A stretch of DNA of 64,000 nt from Eledone cirrhosa (Eukaryota), in assembly GCA_964016885.1 (NCBI GenBank), contig OZ024741.1, forward strand, positions 103,292,001 through 103,356,000, read 5' to 3'. Both the position numbers and the translations under genes were made by a program. Each line of letters opens with the position of its first letter. The stretch's first letter is position 1. Of this stretch, positions 23,221 to 36,567 are shown piece by piece. Below the pieces are notes generated by a model. It was not told where the DNA came from and made no database searches. It saw only the letters and a list, made by a program, of their open reading frames with translations.

Positions 23221-25550
23221 TATTTTATATATAGCATATTGCTGTTGATTTTGTTAAACCTCGAACCATCGCGTCATTTTATAAACATCTAAGACTACAT
23301 TATCTAACGTGTCTCTTACGGAGTCGCTAAAATAAAGTACCAGTAATACACTGGGATAATTGCTGGCCTTGTGCCAAAAGTAGAAACAATTATCTAACGT
23401 GTCCCTTATATAAGACAGCAGTGTATGATGTGCGGGTGATTTGGCTGCTATTTCTAGCTTGGTCGAGGGCCTCAGTAGTATCTTCCCTAATGGCTCATAA
23501 AAACTGTGTTTATTATATACTAGTGGAGGGCGTTGGATTGGAGGAATCGGTAGAACGTCGGACAACATGCTTAGACACTCGATATGTACCCCTTTTCTTG
23601 CTCGCCAAATATTGTAAGAATATTCATTTAAATTTTGATATTATATGTATTTGAAACCAAGGAGTTTTTTTGTGGTCACCCTGTATATAAACACACAAAC
23701 AGACGTGGCATATTATTATGGCTGACTACTGATACCCGTCATATGCCACGTAATTTTGAAAGTATATGTTTGCAATTGTGAGTAACAGTAATGCTGTCCA
23801 TTTTTTCTGTCTCTTGGGGCTTATGTGCCTAGCTTGTTCGACTATTTTTCATTGTCAAACGGTGTAAGCATTCTAGTGTATGCCTGTACATATGTGTCTG
23901 TTTACATGTGTGTGCGCGCCAGCAGTTAAGCGCACTTTGCCTCTCTGACTCTCTCATGTTTTGCCTGCCACGCCACTCAGTATTCATACTCCTCCTTCAG
24001 CCCATATGTTAATTATTTCTATATCACCTTTTTGCCCGCTTTCCCCTTCTATCGATATGATGTCAAACGTAACATCTGACATTGGACCAACCAACATTAG
24101 TTATTTCATATTAGAAATAACACAACTATTTCTTTTTCCTTCCCTCTTAGGGTAATGTATCAAGACTTCAAGAATTGGAAACTTTTCCTTCGGTGAAAAT
24201 CATAATGTCAAGCTTATGTTATACTGACCTGTCTGAAAACACCAAATACGTCATTTACGGTAGGTTAAATTCTGTATTGTCTTATTGCCACTGCGCATAT
24301 CATAACTGATATATAAGGGTCTATCACAAATTAACTTTTTTTGTTTCCATGCTTCTATACAGCAATAGGCAATGGTCATATAACCAAACAGTAATAGGCC
24401 CAGACTAAATGTAAGTTGTAAAGCTGGTAACAGGACCAAGCAAGATGCGACAAATGATGACCATAGGCCCAGTCTACATGTAGGATCCTAAAGCTGGTAA
24501 TAGGTCCAGGGCAGATGTGAAATCTAAGATCCAAAACCTGCTAATAGGCTCGGGCTAGATGTGAAATGTAAGCTGACTATTTCACAATTCCGTCAGTCCA
24601 ATTCCATGGACCCGTACTTTCTTTACTAACCTCGAAAAAATTAAAGTCGGCTTATGTAGAATTTGAACTCTAGACTAGGTATCGAGAAATTTAATCCGAC
24701 GTTCTAACTACTCGGCCAAATTCACTGATAATAGTTTCAAAATATATATTTTTTTTCATTTAATTTCAAATAAAAAAATAAAAATGCTTAAATGTGTAAC
24801 GAGTCGGTGAATTGGCAGAATCGGATTGAATGCTTTGCGGTATTCGTTGCTGCGTTCAGAGATCAAATCTGGCTTTGATCAACTTTGCCTTTAATCATTT
24901 CGCGGTCAATAAATGAAGTACTAATTCCTTTATGTCTCTTTTCTTACTTCTCCCCCCCCCCTCTCTCTCCTTCATTCTCTCTCACGGAGAAGGAGGACTG
25001 GGTTATGAGAAAACTTGAAGAGATGGGTTCCTTAAGTTTAAATTGTCACGTCTCACTCAGAAGTTAAGAGTTCGTGACATTGTATAACATATGTAACAAC
25101 ACTGTCATTATCTGATTCTTTATTTTTAGCAAAACTCAGGGGAAATTCACTAGAGTCACATTTATGTAACGGAAATATACGTTGGAGTTCCGTCAATAGA
25201 TTTATGAGAGCCGCATTGGATAGATACTACGAAAGGAATTGCGAGTGTGCAGTAAGTTTTGCTTTCTTCTACAATCAAACCCCAAAAGATAGCCATAACA
25301 ATCCTATTGTTTCTTTTTTTTATTTATTTTTATCGTTCCTTTCCTTCTATTACTCTATTACTGGTTTCGGTAATTAAACTGCGGCCTTGTTGGATCACCG
25401 TTTTGCAGAGGGTGGTTTAGTGGATCATATCAGCCACCAGTACTTTTTTTCAAGTCTGATACTTATTTTATCTATTTTTATTTGTCAAACCTCTAAATTA
25501 CGGGACATAAACACATAAAAAAATGTCAATACAGACACACATAAACAAAT

Positions 25551-25606
<56 letters not shown>

Positions 25607-26298
25607 ACACATACACGCATATATATATATATGTGTGTGCGTGTGTGTGTGTGTACACGTACACGCACACACGCACACACATATATTTATGTGTGTGTGT
25701 GTGCGTACCCATCAGATGTGCAGACGCATTTTTCTAATCGTGCTCCGCCTGATGGGCGTATACAATCTTTAATTATGGATTTTTTCGTAGATTGTGAATG
25801 ATGTACATAATATCTGATGATGAACTCAACAAAGATCGAAACTCGGGTCAACTGTTCATTTTTTTCTTTTTCCGTCTACGGAGAAATATGTAAACAATAC
25901 ACTAGAATGATGATATATGTTAGTTTCACGCTTGATCTGTTAGAAAAGAATCTAATGTTTCAAACGTTAGTCCTTCATCGGAATACAGAAAGACAGAGAG
26001 AGAAGAATGGTTGTTTGAAAGAGAGAAGATTTAGGATGATATACGAGAGTAAGAAAAGAAAGAAAACGAGGAATAGACAGGTGGAAAACACGTGTGTAAG
26101 TAGATAGCCATTAAGGAATTTTTTGATTTCAGAACAAGCCCCGTGTATTTGAAAGTTACATGAGGAGAGATAAGCATTAAGTAGGTAGGAAAATATGTGT
26201 GCGAGTGTGAATGTATACGTTTGTGGGGAGGATAGCTACTGTGTGAGTGTACGTGTGTACACGTGTTTGTTTGTACAAAGCTATAAGGGTATGTAGAT

Positions 26299-26498
26299 NN
26301 NNNNNNNNNNNNNNNNNNNNNNNNNNNNNNNNNNNNNNNNNNNNNNNNNNNNNNNNNNNNNNNNNNNNNNNNNNNNNNNNNNNNNNNNNNNNNNNNNNNN
26401 NNNNNNNNNNNNNNNNNNNNNNNNNNNNNNNNNNNNNNNNNNNNNNNNNNNNNNNNNNNNNNNNNNNNNNNNNNNNNNNNNNNNNNNNNNNNNNNNNN
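26299..26498. other. Assembly gap (200 N)
   Basis: Run of n. Confidence 1.
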
Positions 26499-26558
26499 TA
26501 TATATATATATAATGTATATATCTATGTATATATATATATATATATAATGTATATATC

Positions 26559-26620
<62 letters not shown>

Positions 26621-26708
26621 GTATATATATATAATGTATATATATTATATTATATAATTGTATATAATATAATGTATATATATATTATATATATATATAT
26701 ATATAATG

Positions 26709-26748
<40 letters not shown>

Positions 26749-26816
26749 TATATATATAATGTATATATATATATATATATATATATAATGTATATATATA
26801 TATATATATATATATA

Positions 26817-26857
<41 letters not shown>

Positions 26858-26988
26858 GTATATATACATTATATATATATATATATACATAGATATATAT
26901 ATATATATATAATGTATTTATATATATATATATATACATAGATATAATAATATATATATAATGTATTTATATATATATATAATGTATG

Positions 26989-27021
<33 letters not shown>

Positions 27022-27028
27022 TATATAG
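26499..27028. repeat. Interrupted (TA)n array
   Basis: Seen directly. Confidence 0.97.
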
Positions 27029-27899
27029 GCTTGGCACTTGTTGGTATAAGACGAGGATTGTCGTCTCTCCGGATTTGAAATTTTAATATTTTAAATCGAC
27101 AGTAATCGGATTTATGTATGGTTTTAATTCTTCAGAGGACAAGGAAAACATACAAAAAAGATAAGTTTTTGTGCTTTGACGCAATTATTTTGAAGTATAT
27201 TTTACATATATTACCGTTTTGAACATGTTTATTTTCACTGTATGATTCATTCATGGGTGACAACACACACACGTGCTTTCTATTTTTGTTTCATACAGAG
27301 CATTTTGGTTTAGCTTAAGCAATTTTGTATTAATTTTGATATTTCTGAGTAACATAATTTAATTTGATATAATCTTGTTTGATTTTGTATAATCTTATCT
27401 GTATTTGACCCGATTTCGTTGTTTCTTGTATGATATGCTGATATTACAATAACTCCGTATATTTGTAAACAGACATTTACATCGTGTTTCTATATCTCTG
27501 TTTCCGGTTTCTCCCATTCATTAATTTAAATTTAGATTTAAAAATTTATTTTTATATTTATGAACTGCAGTTGCTCACGCTCTCACGCTGTCTCTATCTC
27601 TCTCCTTCCTCTCTCTCTCTCTCTCCCCCCCTCTCTCTCTCTCGATCACGAGCTCTCTTTCTCCTCTCTCTAGATCAACGAGCTCTCTCTCTCTCTCTCT
27701 ATCTATCTTCTCTCTCTCCCTCTGACCCCCCCCCCACTCTTCCCGCTATCTCTCTCGCTCCCCTCTTCTGTCTCCCCCTTTTCTTTTCTTTTCTTCTGTT
27801 TCTCTTTTTCTCTCGCTGGAGTTATATCTCTATCTCCCTCCCTCACTCTGTCCCTCTCTAACCTCTACTCTACACCTCCCACTGTCCCCTCTTTCTCCC

Positions 27900-30800
27900 C
27901 TCCACAGCGAAATGGACTGCATGCAGGAAAAATGGGAAAAATGTGAAATCAGGAGTCAGCGAAACTGGTCGAAGATTGAACTAGCGGTTTTGATCAAGGG
28001 GTGGACTATGGCTGATGGGTCTCCACCAAGCAAAAAGATGGCGGAGACCTGAAGAGCCATGGGTTTATGAGGACCCTGGTACAGATAGAGAGAAAGAGAA
28101 AAGAAATTGCAGAAGGCGTATGTCCTCATAGCGCCTCATATGGCGATGCTAAGCCGTGTCCTCAGGGAGAGAAAACCGAAGGGAGGGATGAGGAGAAGGA
28201 GAGGGAAAAGGAGAGGAAAAGGAAAGGGAAAAAGAAAAGGAGGAGAGCACAAGCACGGACCTGAAAGAAAATGATATACCCTCCGCTACAGGCAGGGAGG
28301 GCAGGCCGGGCAACCAACAAGCTAAGGGCAAAGGTGAAAAGCGAAATCACCTTCCGAAGGAGAACCAAGCGCAGAGGGACCAGTGGACAACTGTTCAAAG
28401 AAAGAACAGAAAGCACCGAGACACTGGGAGCAAAAAACACCAAGTAATGTGCAAGTTTTTCAAGAACGGGACATGCTGGCATGGAGAGACAGGGATGGGA
28501 TGCAGATTCGCCCACCCTAGGTCTCAAACGAACTATGCCCATCATACTCGCGCAACATGCCCCAGCCAAAGCGAAATAAGCCGCTCCAGAAGTATGCTGA
28601 TGTCGTGCGTGCTGCACCAACAAGGAGAAGGCACCCACATGCCGACGAGATACAGATGGCAGCAGCAGATCAGAAAAATTTTTTAGTGATGGCAGAGAAG
28701 ATTGTGGGACAGCTGACCTGGCTGCATCGTCTCCAGAGCCAGGGTCATCCACACCAGCACTCGAGACCACCGCAGTTTAAGGGACCCAGAGTGGCCGCCG
28801 CTGACACCAGACCAGGTGTCATACCGACAGCCATTACTGGCACCCCAAAAGTCACACCAGTGCTGCTGCTGAATGTCAGGGGCCTGGTGAAACTCAGCAA
28901 CATGAGTAAAATTTCCTACCTGGGAGACTTAGCCATAAGCAATCAAGCACTATGCATGGCACTAACCGAAACGCACCTGACAAGCAGTATAGCAGATGCA
29001 GAAATACATATACCGAAATATACTGTATTTCGTTCGGACAGGAAGGAGAGAACTCATGTGGGGTTGCTCTGTATATCCGTGAATATGTCACACCAATTGT
29101 TCTGTTGACACATTCAAACTCAGTCTGTGACACTGATAATACATATGAAGCAACTACAGACGGTAATATGTGTCACATATCGGCCGCCCGATGCCCCCAG
29201 TCATGAGGGTAAATTTGAGGATAGCCTAAGTAGGATAGAAGAGGTCCTTGACAAACTGGACCAGGGTCTCAACATCCTACTGCTGGGAGACTTCAACCTA
29301 CCAAAGGTCAAATGGCCTGAGGGCCACCTCCTCCCTGGAATGACGTCAATAGAACAGAGACAGACGGAATCCCTGCTGGCCCTCACACACAGGCTGTTCA
29401 TGGAGCAAGCAATACTCCTCCCAACAAGAGGCGAAAATGTCCTGGACCTCTGTTTTACAAACAACGAAGTGCTCATCCACAATGTAAAGGTGACACCAAC
29501 AATTCTCTCGGATCATAACTTGGTAGAGCTAATGATATGTGGTCCAAGAGAACCAACAGAGACAAAACCACCAAGAAGCTCCGGGACGCTATCCAGCCTT
29601 AACTTCTACGGGGCTGACTGGAAGAAGATTAAGAGTGAAATCCGGAAGCAAACATGGAGTGCAAACATCGCCACACAAGACACTAACACACAATTTCAAC
29701 ACTTCATGACAACGATACACACCATATGCAAAAAGTGTGTCCCGGAGAAAGAGGCAAACAGACACAAAAATCTTATTCCCAGAGATAGGAAATCCTTATG
29801 AGACGTAGAACTAAACTCTCAAACCAGTTGAATAGTCAACAAAACCAAAACAAGAAGGAATCCTATTTGAAACGTGCACTACTTGACACCGAGATTGCAC
29901 TCAAGCTTTCACATTGAGAATGAGAGGGCAAGGAAAGAGAACAGGGCCATAGAAAACATTAAAACAAACCCTAAGGCCTTCTTTAAATTTGCAAAAGAAA
30001 CTGCCTCAGTACACTGCAAGATTGGACCACTCTTCCACACGGACGGTTCATTACCGAAAATCCCAAGAGATATGTGAAATACTGAACGAACAGTACAAAA
30101 GTGTCTTCACATGTCCACTGAGGCACATGCAAATAACGAAGCCAGAGGAGTTCTTTGATGCCACAACACTACATCAAGAAATGGCAACCATCAACCACAT
30201 AGACATAACGGAGGAGGATGTGGTGTACGCCATTGATGAAATTAGAACAGACTCGGCTGCTGGACCTGATGGATTCCCAGCAGTTCTCCTAAAAATATGT
30301 AAGCGGGCCTTAGCAACTCCACTGAAGATGCTCTTCAGAAGCTCCTTGGCTAGCGGTGTACTACCCAGGAGCTGAAAGAAGGCACAATATGCCCTATCCA
30401 TAAAGGAGGTAGTAGAGCGGAGGCCAAGAACTATAGGCCAGTCTCCCTGACGTCGCATATCAGTAAGGTCATGGAGCGAGTCGTCAGAAAGAAACTAATC
30501 ACTTTCCTCGAAGAAAATGACCGCCTGACTAGCACGCAACATGGCTTCCGCCCAGGAAGAAGCTGCCTTACACAGCTGCTACATCACTACGACTGGGTAC
30601 TGAGACAGCTACTAGACAGCTCACATGTAGACGTGATATATCTTGACTTTGCGAAGGCCTTTGACAAGGTCGACCACGGAATGATATGTCACAAACTACA
30701 CGGACTCGGCATAACTGGAAAAGTAGGTGAGTGGCTGCATGGCTTCCTGAGGGACAGAAGCCAGGCAGTCGCAGCAAATGGGGCCCTCTCGAGGGAAACA

Positions 30801-31902
30801 CCGATAACAAGTGGGGTGCCTCAGGGGACAGTCCTGGGACCACTACTGTTTTTGGTGGCTCTCTCGGACATGCCCTCTGTGGTGCATGCAACAACATCCC
30901 TCACTAGCTATGCTGATGACACTAAGGTAGCACAGGCAATCAAAAACCCGGCTGACGCTGCCCTCTTACAGCAGGATCTGGATGCCATATACAGATGGGC
31001 GGAAGAAAACAACATGCAGTTTAATGCTGGCAAATTCCAAGCCCTACAATACAAACCTGCAAACACAAACACAAATATAGCGGAACACAGCTACACAGGA
31101 CCAGGAGGGACCGATATCCCCGTGTCAAAATCGATACGAGACCTGGGCATAGACATGAGCGATGATGCATCTTTTTCTTCACACATCATGAAGGTGGCGA
31201 CAGCATGTAGACGATTCGCTGGCTGGATCTTGAGGACTTTCCTTACAAGAGATCGAGACACCATGTTGACACTGTGGAGGACTTTTGTCCTAAGCCGCCT
31301 GGACTACTGCTCCCAGCTGTGGTCAACCCCATAGTGTCAAACTAACCACAGAGCTTGAGGCAATCCAGCGAAGCTACACCAAGAGGATTGCCAAGATGAG
31401 GGAGACAAGCTACTGGGAGAGGCTGAAGGAACTGAACCTCTACTCCTTGGAGCGAAGACGGGAGAGATACGCAGTGATCTACATGTGGAAAATCCTGGAG
31501 GGACTAGCACCAAACTTTGGCATTGGGAGCTGGACCAACCGTCGAACAGGACGTCACTGTGTGGTGCCAAAGGTCCCGTCTTCCACATCTAGAATAAGGA
31601 GCAGGTATTGCAATAGCCTGGGATTCAAGGGCCCTCAACTCTTCAACAGGCTGCCGAGGCATCTGCGAGACTTGCATGACGTGGAGGTGGATGTCTTTAA
31701 GAAACATCTCGACACCTTGTTATCCAGGATCCCGGATGAGCCCACAGCAAGACACGAGGGAAACCTAAGGGCAGCAGCAACAAACTCCCTCCTACACCAG
31801 TGGCCAACCTATACAGGCTGGAGATAAAATGTGTAGCAACAAGGGCGGTGCCCCAGCATGGCCTCAGCCGGATGGCTGAAACAGGTAAAAGAGTAAAAGA
31901 GT
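27900..31902 (+). mobile_element. Near full-length CR1-group LINE (ORF1 with CCCH finger; ORF2 APE-RT), frameshifted
   Basis: CKFFKNGTCWHGETGMGCRFAHP; LLNVRGL, LTETHL, YRPP, GDFN, SDH; GPDG, QHGFRPGRSC, YLDFAKAFDKVDH, GVPQGTVLGP, YADDTK; (GTAAAAGA)2 tail into TA repeats. Confidence 0.93.
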
Positions 31903-32002
31903 ATATATAATGTATATATCTATATATATATATCTATATATATAGATATATATAATGTATATATCTATATATATATATCTATATATATATATATATATAA
32001 TG

Positions 32003-32038
<36 letters not shown>

Positions 32039-32425
32039 TATATATAATGTATATATCTATATATATATATCTATATATATATATGTATATATCTATATGT
32101 ATATATATGTATATATATGTATATGTATATATATATGTATATATATGTATATGTCATATATAATATGTATATATATGTATATGTATATATATATATGTAT
32201 GTATATATATGTATATGTATATATATATGTTATATATATGTAATCTGTATATATATATGTATATATATGTATATATATATGTATATATATTTATATGTAT
32301 ATATATATGTATATATATGTATATGTATATATATATGTATATATATTTATATGTATATATTTATATGTATATATATGTATATATGTATATATATTTATAT
32401 GTATATATTTATATGTATATATATG

Positions 32426-32465
<40 letters not shown>

Positions 32466-32593
32466 TATGTATATATATGTATATGTATATATATATATGT
32501 ATATATATTTATATGTATATATTTATATGTATATATATGTTATATATATATATGTATATATATTTATATGTATATATTATATGTATATATATG

Positions 32594-32632
<39 letters not shown>

Positions 32633-32830
32633 TTATATGTATATATTTATATGTGTATATATTTATATGTGTATATATTTATATTTATATGTATATATTT
32701 ATATGTATATATTTATGTGTATATATTATATGTATATAGTTATATGTGTATATATTTATATGTATATATTATATGTATATATTTATATGTATTATTTATA
32801 TGTATATATTTATATGTATATATTTATATG

Positions 32831-32867
<37 letters not shown>

Positions 32868-33045
32868 TTATATGTATATTATATTTATATGTATATATTT
32901 ATATGTATATATTTATATGTATATATTATATGTATGTATATATATGTATATATTTATATGTATGTATATATATGTATATATTTATATGTATGTATATATA
33001 TGTATATATTTATATGTATGTATATATGTATATATATTTTTATAT
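31903..33045. repeat. TA/TATG-based satellite with TATATTTATATG higher-order units
   Basis: Seen directly. Confidence 0.97.
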
Positions 33046-33382
33046 ATGGTGGATGGGTGCTACACGAGAATGCTGAGGATCGCTCTGAACATTAATCAGT
33101 ATACACTGAGGATGAAAAACTCAGAGCTGTATGGGAGGCTCCCTAAAGTCAGCTCAAAAGTGACACAGAGGAGACTGAGGTTAGCTGGACATGCTCACCA
33201 GCATCCAGAGTTGGCATTGCACTCAGTGCTCTTGTGGACACAGTGGAAGAGGAAGACCAAGGTTAACGTATGTTGATGCCTAAGGACAGACTCTGGTCTG
33301 TTGGAGACGCAGAACATGGCAGCGATAATGAGGGACAGAGACCGCTGGAGACAACTCGTCCATGGATCTCGGGAATTTTACC

Positions 33383-33385
<3 letters not shown>
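33046..33385 (+). mobile_element. RTE-clade LINE 3' fragment in (TA)n
   Basis: [30 protein letters not shown]; second copy on the minus strand at 40865-41185. Confidence 0.85.
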
Positions 33386-33468
<83 letters not shown>

Positions 33469-33480
33469 ATAGATATATAT

Positions 33481-33926
33481 ATGTCGTTTCTGAAATTGTT
33501 TAGCAATATTCTTTATCTGAAAACGTGTGAGGACACCGATATTGTTATGCTTTTGGAGGGTCATGTTGCCAATAAGAAACACACGCACCAGTTGCTTTCA
33601 CTCCAATTTATTATAAATTTAAGAATTTATAAATTTCCTGTTGGTTGGTTCCATAATCGGACGGGTGTTCACACAAAAACAAGATGGCGTAGCACAGAAC
33701 AAAGGAGAGGTACAAAACAAAGAAAAGAATCCCCAGTCACTGAAGAGGTCACAGAATGTGTGACGAAAGAACTTTGACAATATATGAACAACCGTCCGGT
33801 TATGGAACCAGCCAACCAACCGGAAATTTATAAATTCTTAAATTTATAAATTTAATTTATAATAAATTGGAATGAAAACAACTGGTGCGTGTGTTTCTTA
33901 TTGGCAACATGACCCTCCCAAAGCAT

Positions 33927-33934
<8 letters not shown>
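33481..33934 (+). mobile_element. Fold-back Penelope pLTR-like mini-element (family C) in (TA)n
   Basis: About 130-bp inverted arms 33539-33671 and 33786-33934 enclosing a hammerhead. Confidence 0.75.
33736..33778 (+). ncRNA. Minimal type I hammerhead ribozyme
   Basis: GTCA-CTGAAGA-G-GTCACA-GAATG-TGTGAC-GAA-AGAACT-T-TGAC; stem I GTCA/TGAC, 6-bp stem II. Confidence 0.72.
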
Positions 33935-33977
<43 letters not shown>

Positions 33978-34602
33978 TAAATGGAAACTATATTTATAAA
34001 ACCATATTTATTTTATTATATATATTTAAAGGGCAACCAAGGCAAATTATGGTGCGTTTTCATCAGATAAAATACAGATTTGTTTTATAAATAAATATTG
34101 ACATACCCGGAAAAAAGACAACCTTAACGGTTGGAGCTTCCTGGATAGTGGAGATAATATTTTATTGAGGGTAATACAAAGTTATGATTGAGTATGCAAA
34201 TGAGTGTCAGAAAAATTGAAAAGATAACGGTTTATTTAAATTAAACTTTTGAAAGAGGATGATATGTAAGGGAGAGAGAAAAGAAAAAGAAAACGAGAAA
34301 GAGAAAGGAAAGAAAGAACGATTATACATAGTGATAGTGAAGATAGTCAGAGTGAACGAAGAAATAAATTTTAATGGAAAAATATATACAGAGCGTAAAT
34401 ATATCAAAGTGAAAGAAGAAATAAGATTAACGTGGAAGAAGAATATAGGGTTCATTACGTTGTGATTATGATATTTATAATGATAAGTTGAAAAATTAAA
34501 TTAAATTAAATTAAAAATCAAAATCCAATTTAAAGTTTAAAATTTACCTTAATATTAAAAATTTAATTTAATATTAATATTAAAAATTAAAATTAAAACA
34601 GA

Positions 34603-34901
34603 ATATATATATGTATGTATATATATATGTATGTATATAAATATGTATATATATATGTATGTATATATATATGTATATAAATATGTATATATATATGTAT
34701 GTATATATATATGTATATATATATATATATGTACATATATATATATGTATATATATATGTATATATATGTATATATATATATGCATATATATATGTATAT
34801 ATATATATATACGTGTATATATATGAATATATATATACGTATATATATACGTATATATATGTATATATATGTATATATATATATGTATGTATATATATAT
34901 G

Positions 34902-34932
<31 letters not shown>

Positions 34933-35448
34933 GTATATATATATATGTATGTATATATATATGTATGTATATATATATGTATATATGTGTGTATATATAT
35001 ATGTATATGTATATATGTATATATATATATAAATACGTATATATATATGTATATATATATATGTATATATGTATATATATATATACGTATATATATATAT
35101 ATGCATATATATGTATATGTATATATATATATACGTATATATATATATGTGTATATATATATATGTATATATATATATGTATATATATATATGTGTGTGT
35201 GTGTATATATATATATGTATATATATATATGTATATATATTTATATATGTATATGTATATATGTATATATATATGTATATGTATATATGTATATATATAC
35301 GTATGTATATATATATACGTATGTATATATATATATATATAAGTATGTATATATATATGTATGTATATATGTATGTATTATATATATATGTATGTATATG
35401 TATATGTATATATGTATATATATACGTATGTATATATATATACGTATG

Positions 35449-35481
<33 letters not shown>

Positions 35482-35500
35482 GTATATATGTATGTATGTA

Positions 35501-35533
<33 letters not shown>

Positions 35534-35598
35534 ATATATATGTATGTATATATATATATATATATGTGTGTGTATATATATGTATGTATATATATATG

Positions 35599-35697
<99 letters not shown>

Positions 35698-35898
35698 ACG
35701 AAGGAAATGTGGTAAGGAACCAGGAGGACCATAACGCACTAAAGTACTCAATACTTGAGGTAGTAGAGTGGGTAATAGGAACCAGTAAGACCCCGACAGC
35801 TGAGCTCAAGCCGTTTCGACGGCTAATTCAATTAGCCGTCGAAACGGCTTGAGCTCAGCTGTCGGGGTCTTACTGGTTCCTATATATATATATATATA

Positions 35899-35945
<47 letters not shown>

Positions 35946-35992
35946 ATATGTATATATGTATATATATATGTATATATATATATGTATATATG

Positions 35993-36023
<31 letters not shown>

Positions 36024-36159
36024 GTATATATGTGTATATATATATATATGTATATATATATGTATATATGTATATATATATATATGTATGTATACATATA
36101 TGTATGTATATATGTATGTATGTATATATATATGTATCTATGTATATATATATATATAT
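34603..36159. repeat. Long TA/TATG microsatellite block, interrupted at 35697-35881
   Basis: Seen directly. Confidence 0.97.
35697..35881 (-). mobile_element. Second copy of fold-back family B
   Basis: Reverse complement of 19303-19483; perfect palindrome of about 105 bp centred near 35829. Confidence 0.75.
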
Positions 36160-36195
36160 GTCACTTCTTTTTTTCGGCAAAGAAGGGAGTACGTT

Positions 36196-36236
36196 GCTCT
36201 GAGGAACACCAACAGTGTGAAATAGAATCTGTCAGC
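36196..36236 (+). ncRNA. Hammerhead ribozyme, copy 1 of a tandem pair
   Basis: GCT-CTGAGGA-ACAC-CAACA-GTGT-GAA-ATAGAATCTGT-C-AGC; stem I extended by TTCGGCAAAGAAGGGAG / CTCTCTTCTTTGCCGAA. Confidence 0.78.
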
Positions 36237-36511
36237 TTCTCTCTCTTCTTTGCCGAAAATAAGAAGTAAGTGACTATGTCACTACTTTAAAATGACAGCG
36301 CAAGGTCTTCAAAATGTTTTTAATTAAACATACGGTATATTGCCAAATATACTTTACATATATTCATGTCTACATCGGTATTTCAGAGCACCAATCCTAA
36401 TTTTCAATTTTTGCTGGACCTGCAAACGCTTTGTTTAATCAGTTCCTGATTATTATTGGAATTCTATAAGAATCCAGCTTCTATAATTTTTGGCAAGGCA
36501 GAGAGTACGTT

Positions 36512-36552
36512 GCTCTGAAGAACACCAACAGTGTGAAACACAATCTGTTAGC
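36512..36552 (+). ncRNA. Hammerhead ribozyme, copy 2 (316 bp downstream)
   Basis: GCT-CTGAAGA-ACAC-CAACA-GTGT-GAA-ACACAATCTGT-T-AGC within an 80-bp direct repeat. Confidence 0.72.
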
Positions 36553-36567
36553 TTCTCTCCCTTCTTT

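Noticed and set aside
24390-24580. Degenerate tandem repeat (TAGGCCCAG..AAAGCTGGTAA)
   Set aside because: Too decayed and irregular to interpret.
27029-27145. Minus-strand hammerhead (CTGAAGA..GAGACGA..TCGTC)
   Set aside because: GAGA instead of GAAA and no convincing stem I.
32004-36269. Long Y/I/M/C-rich ORFs
   Set aside because: Translations of TA/TATG microsatellites.
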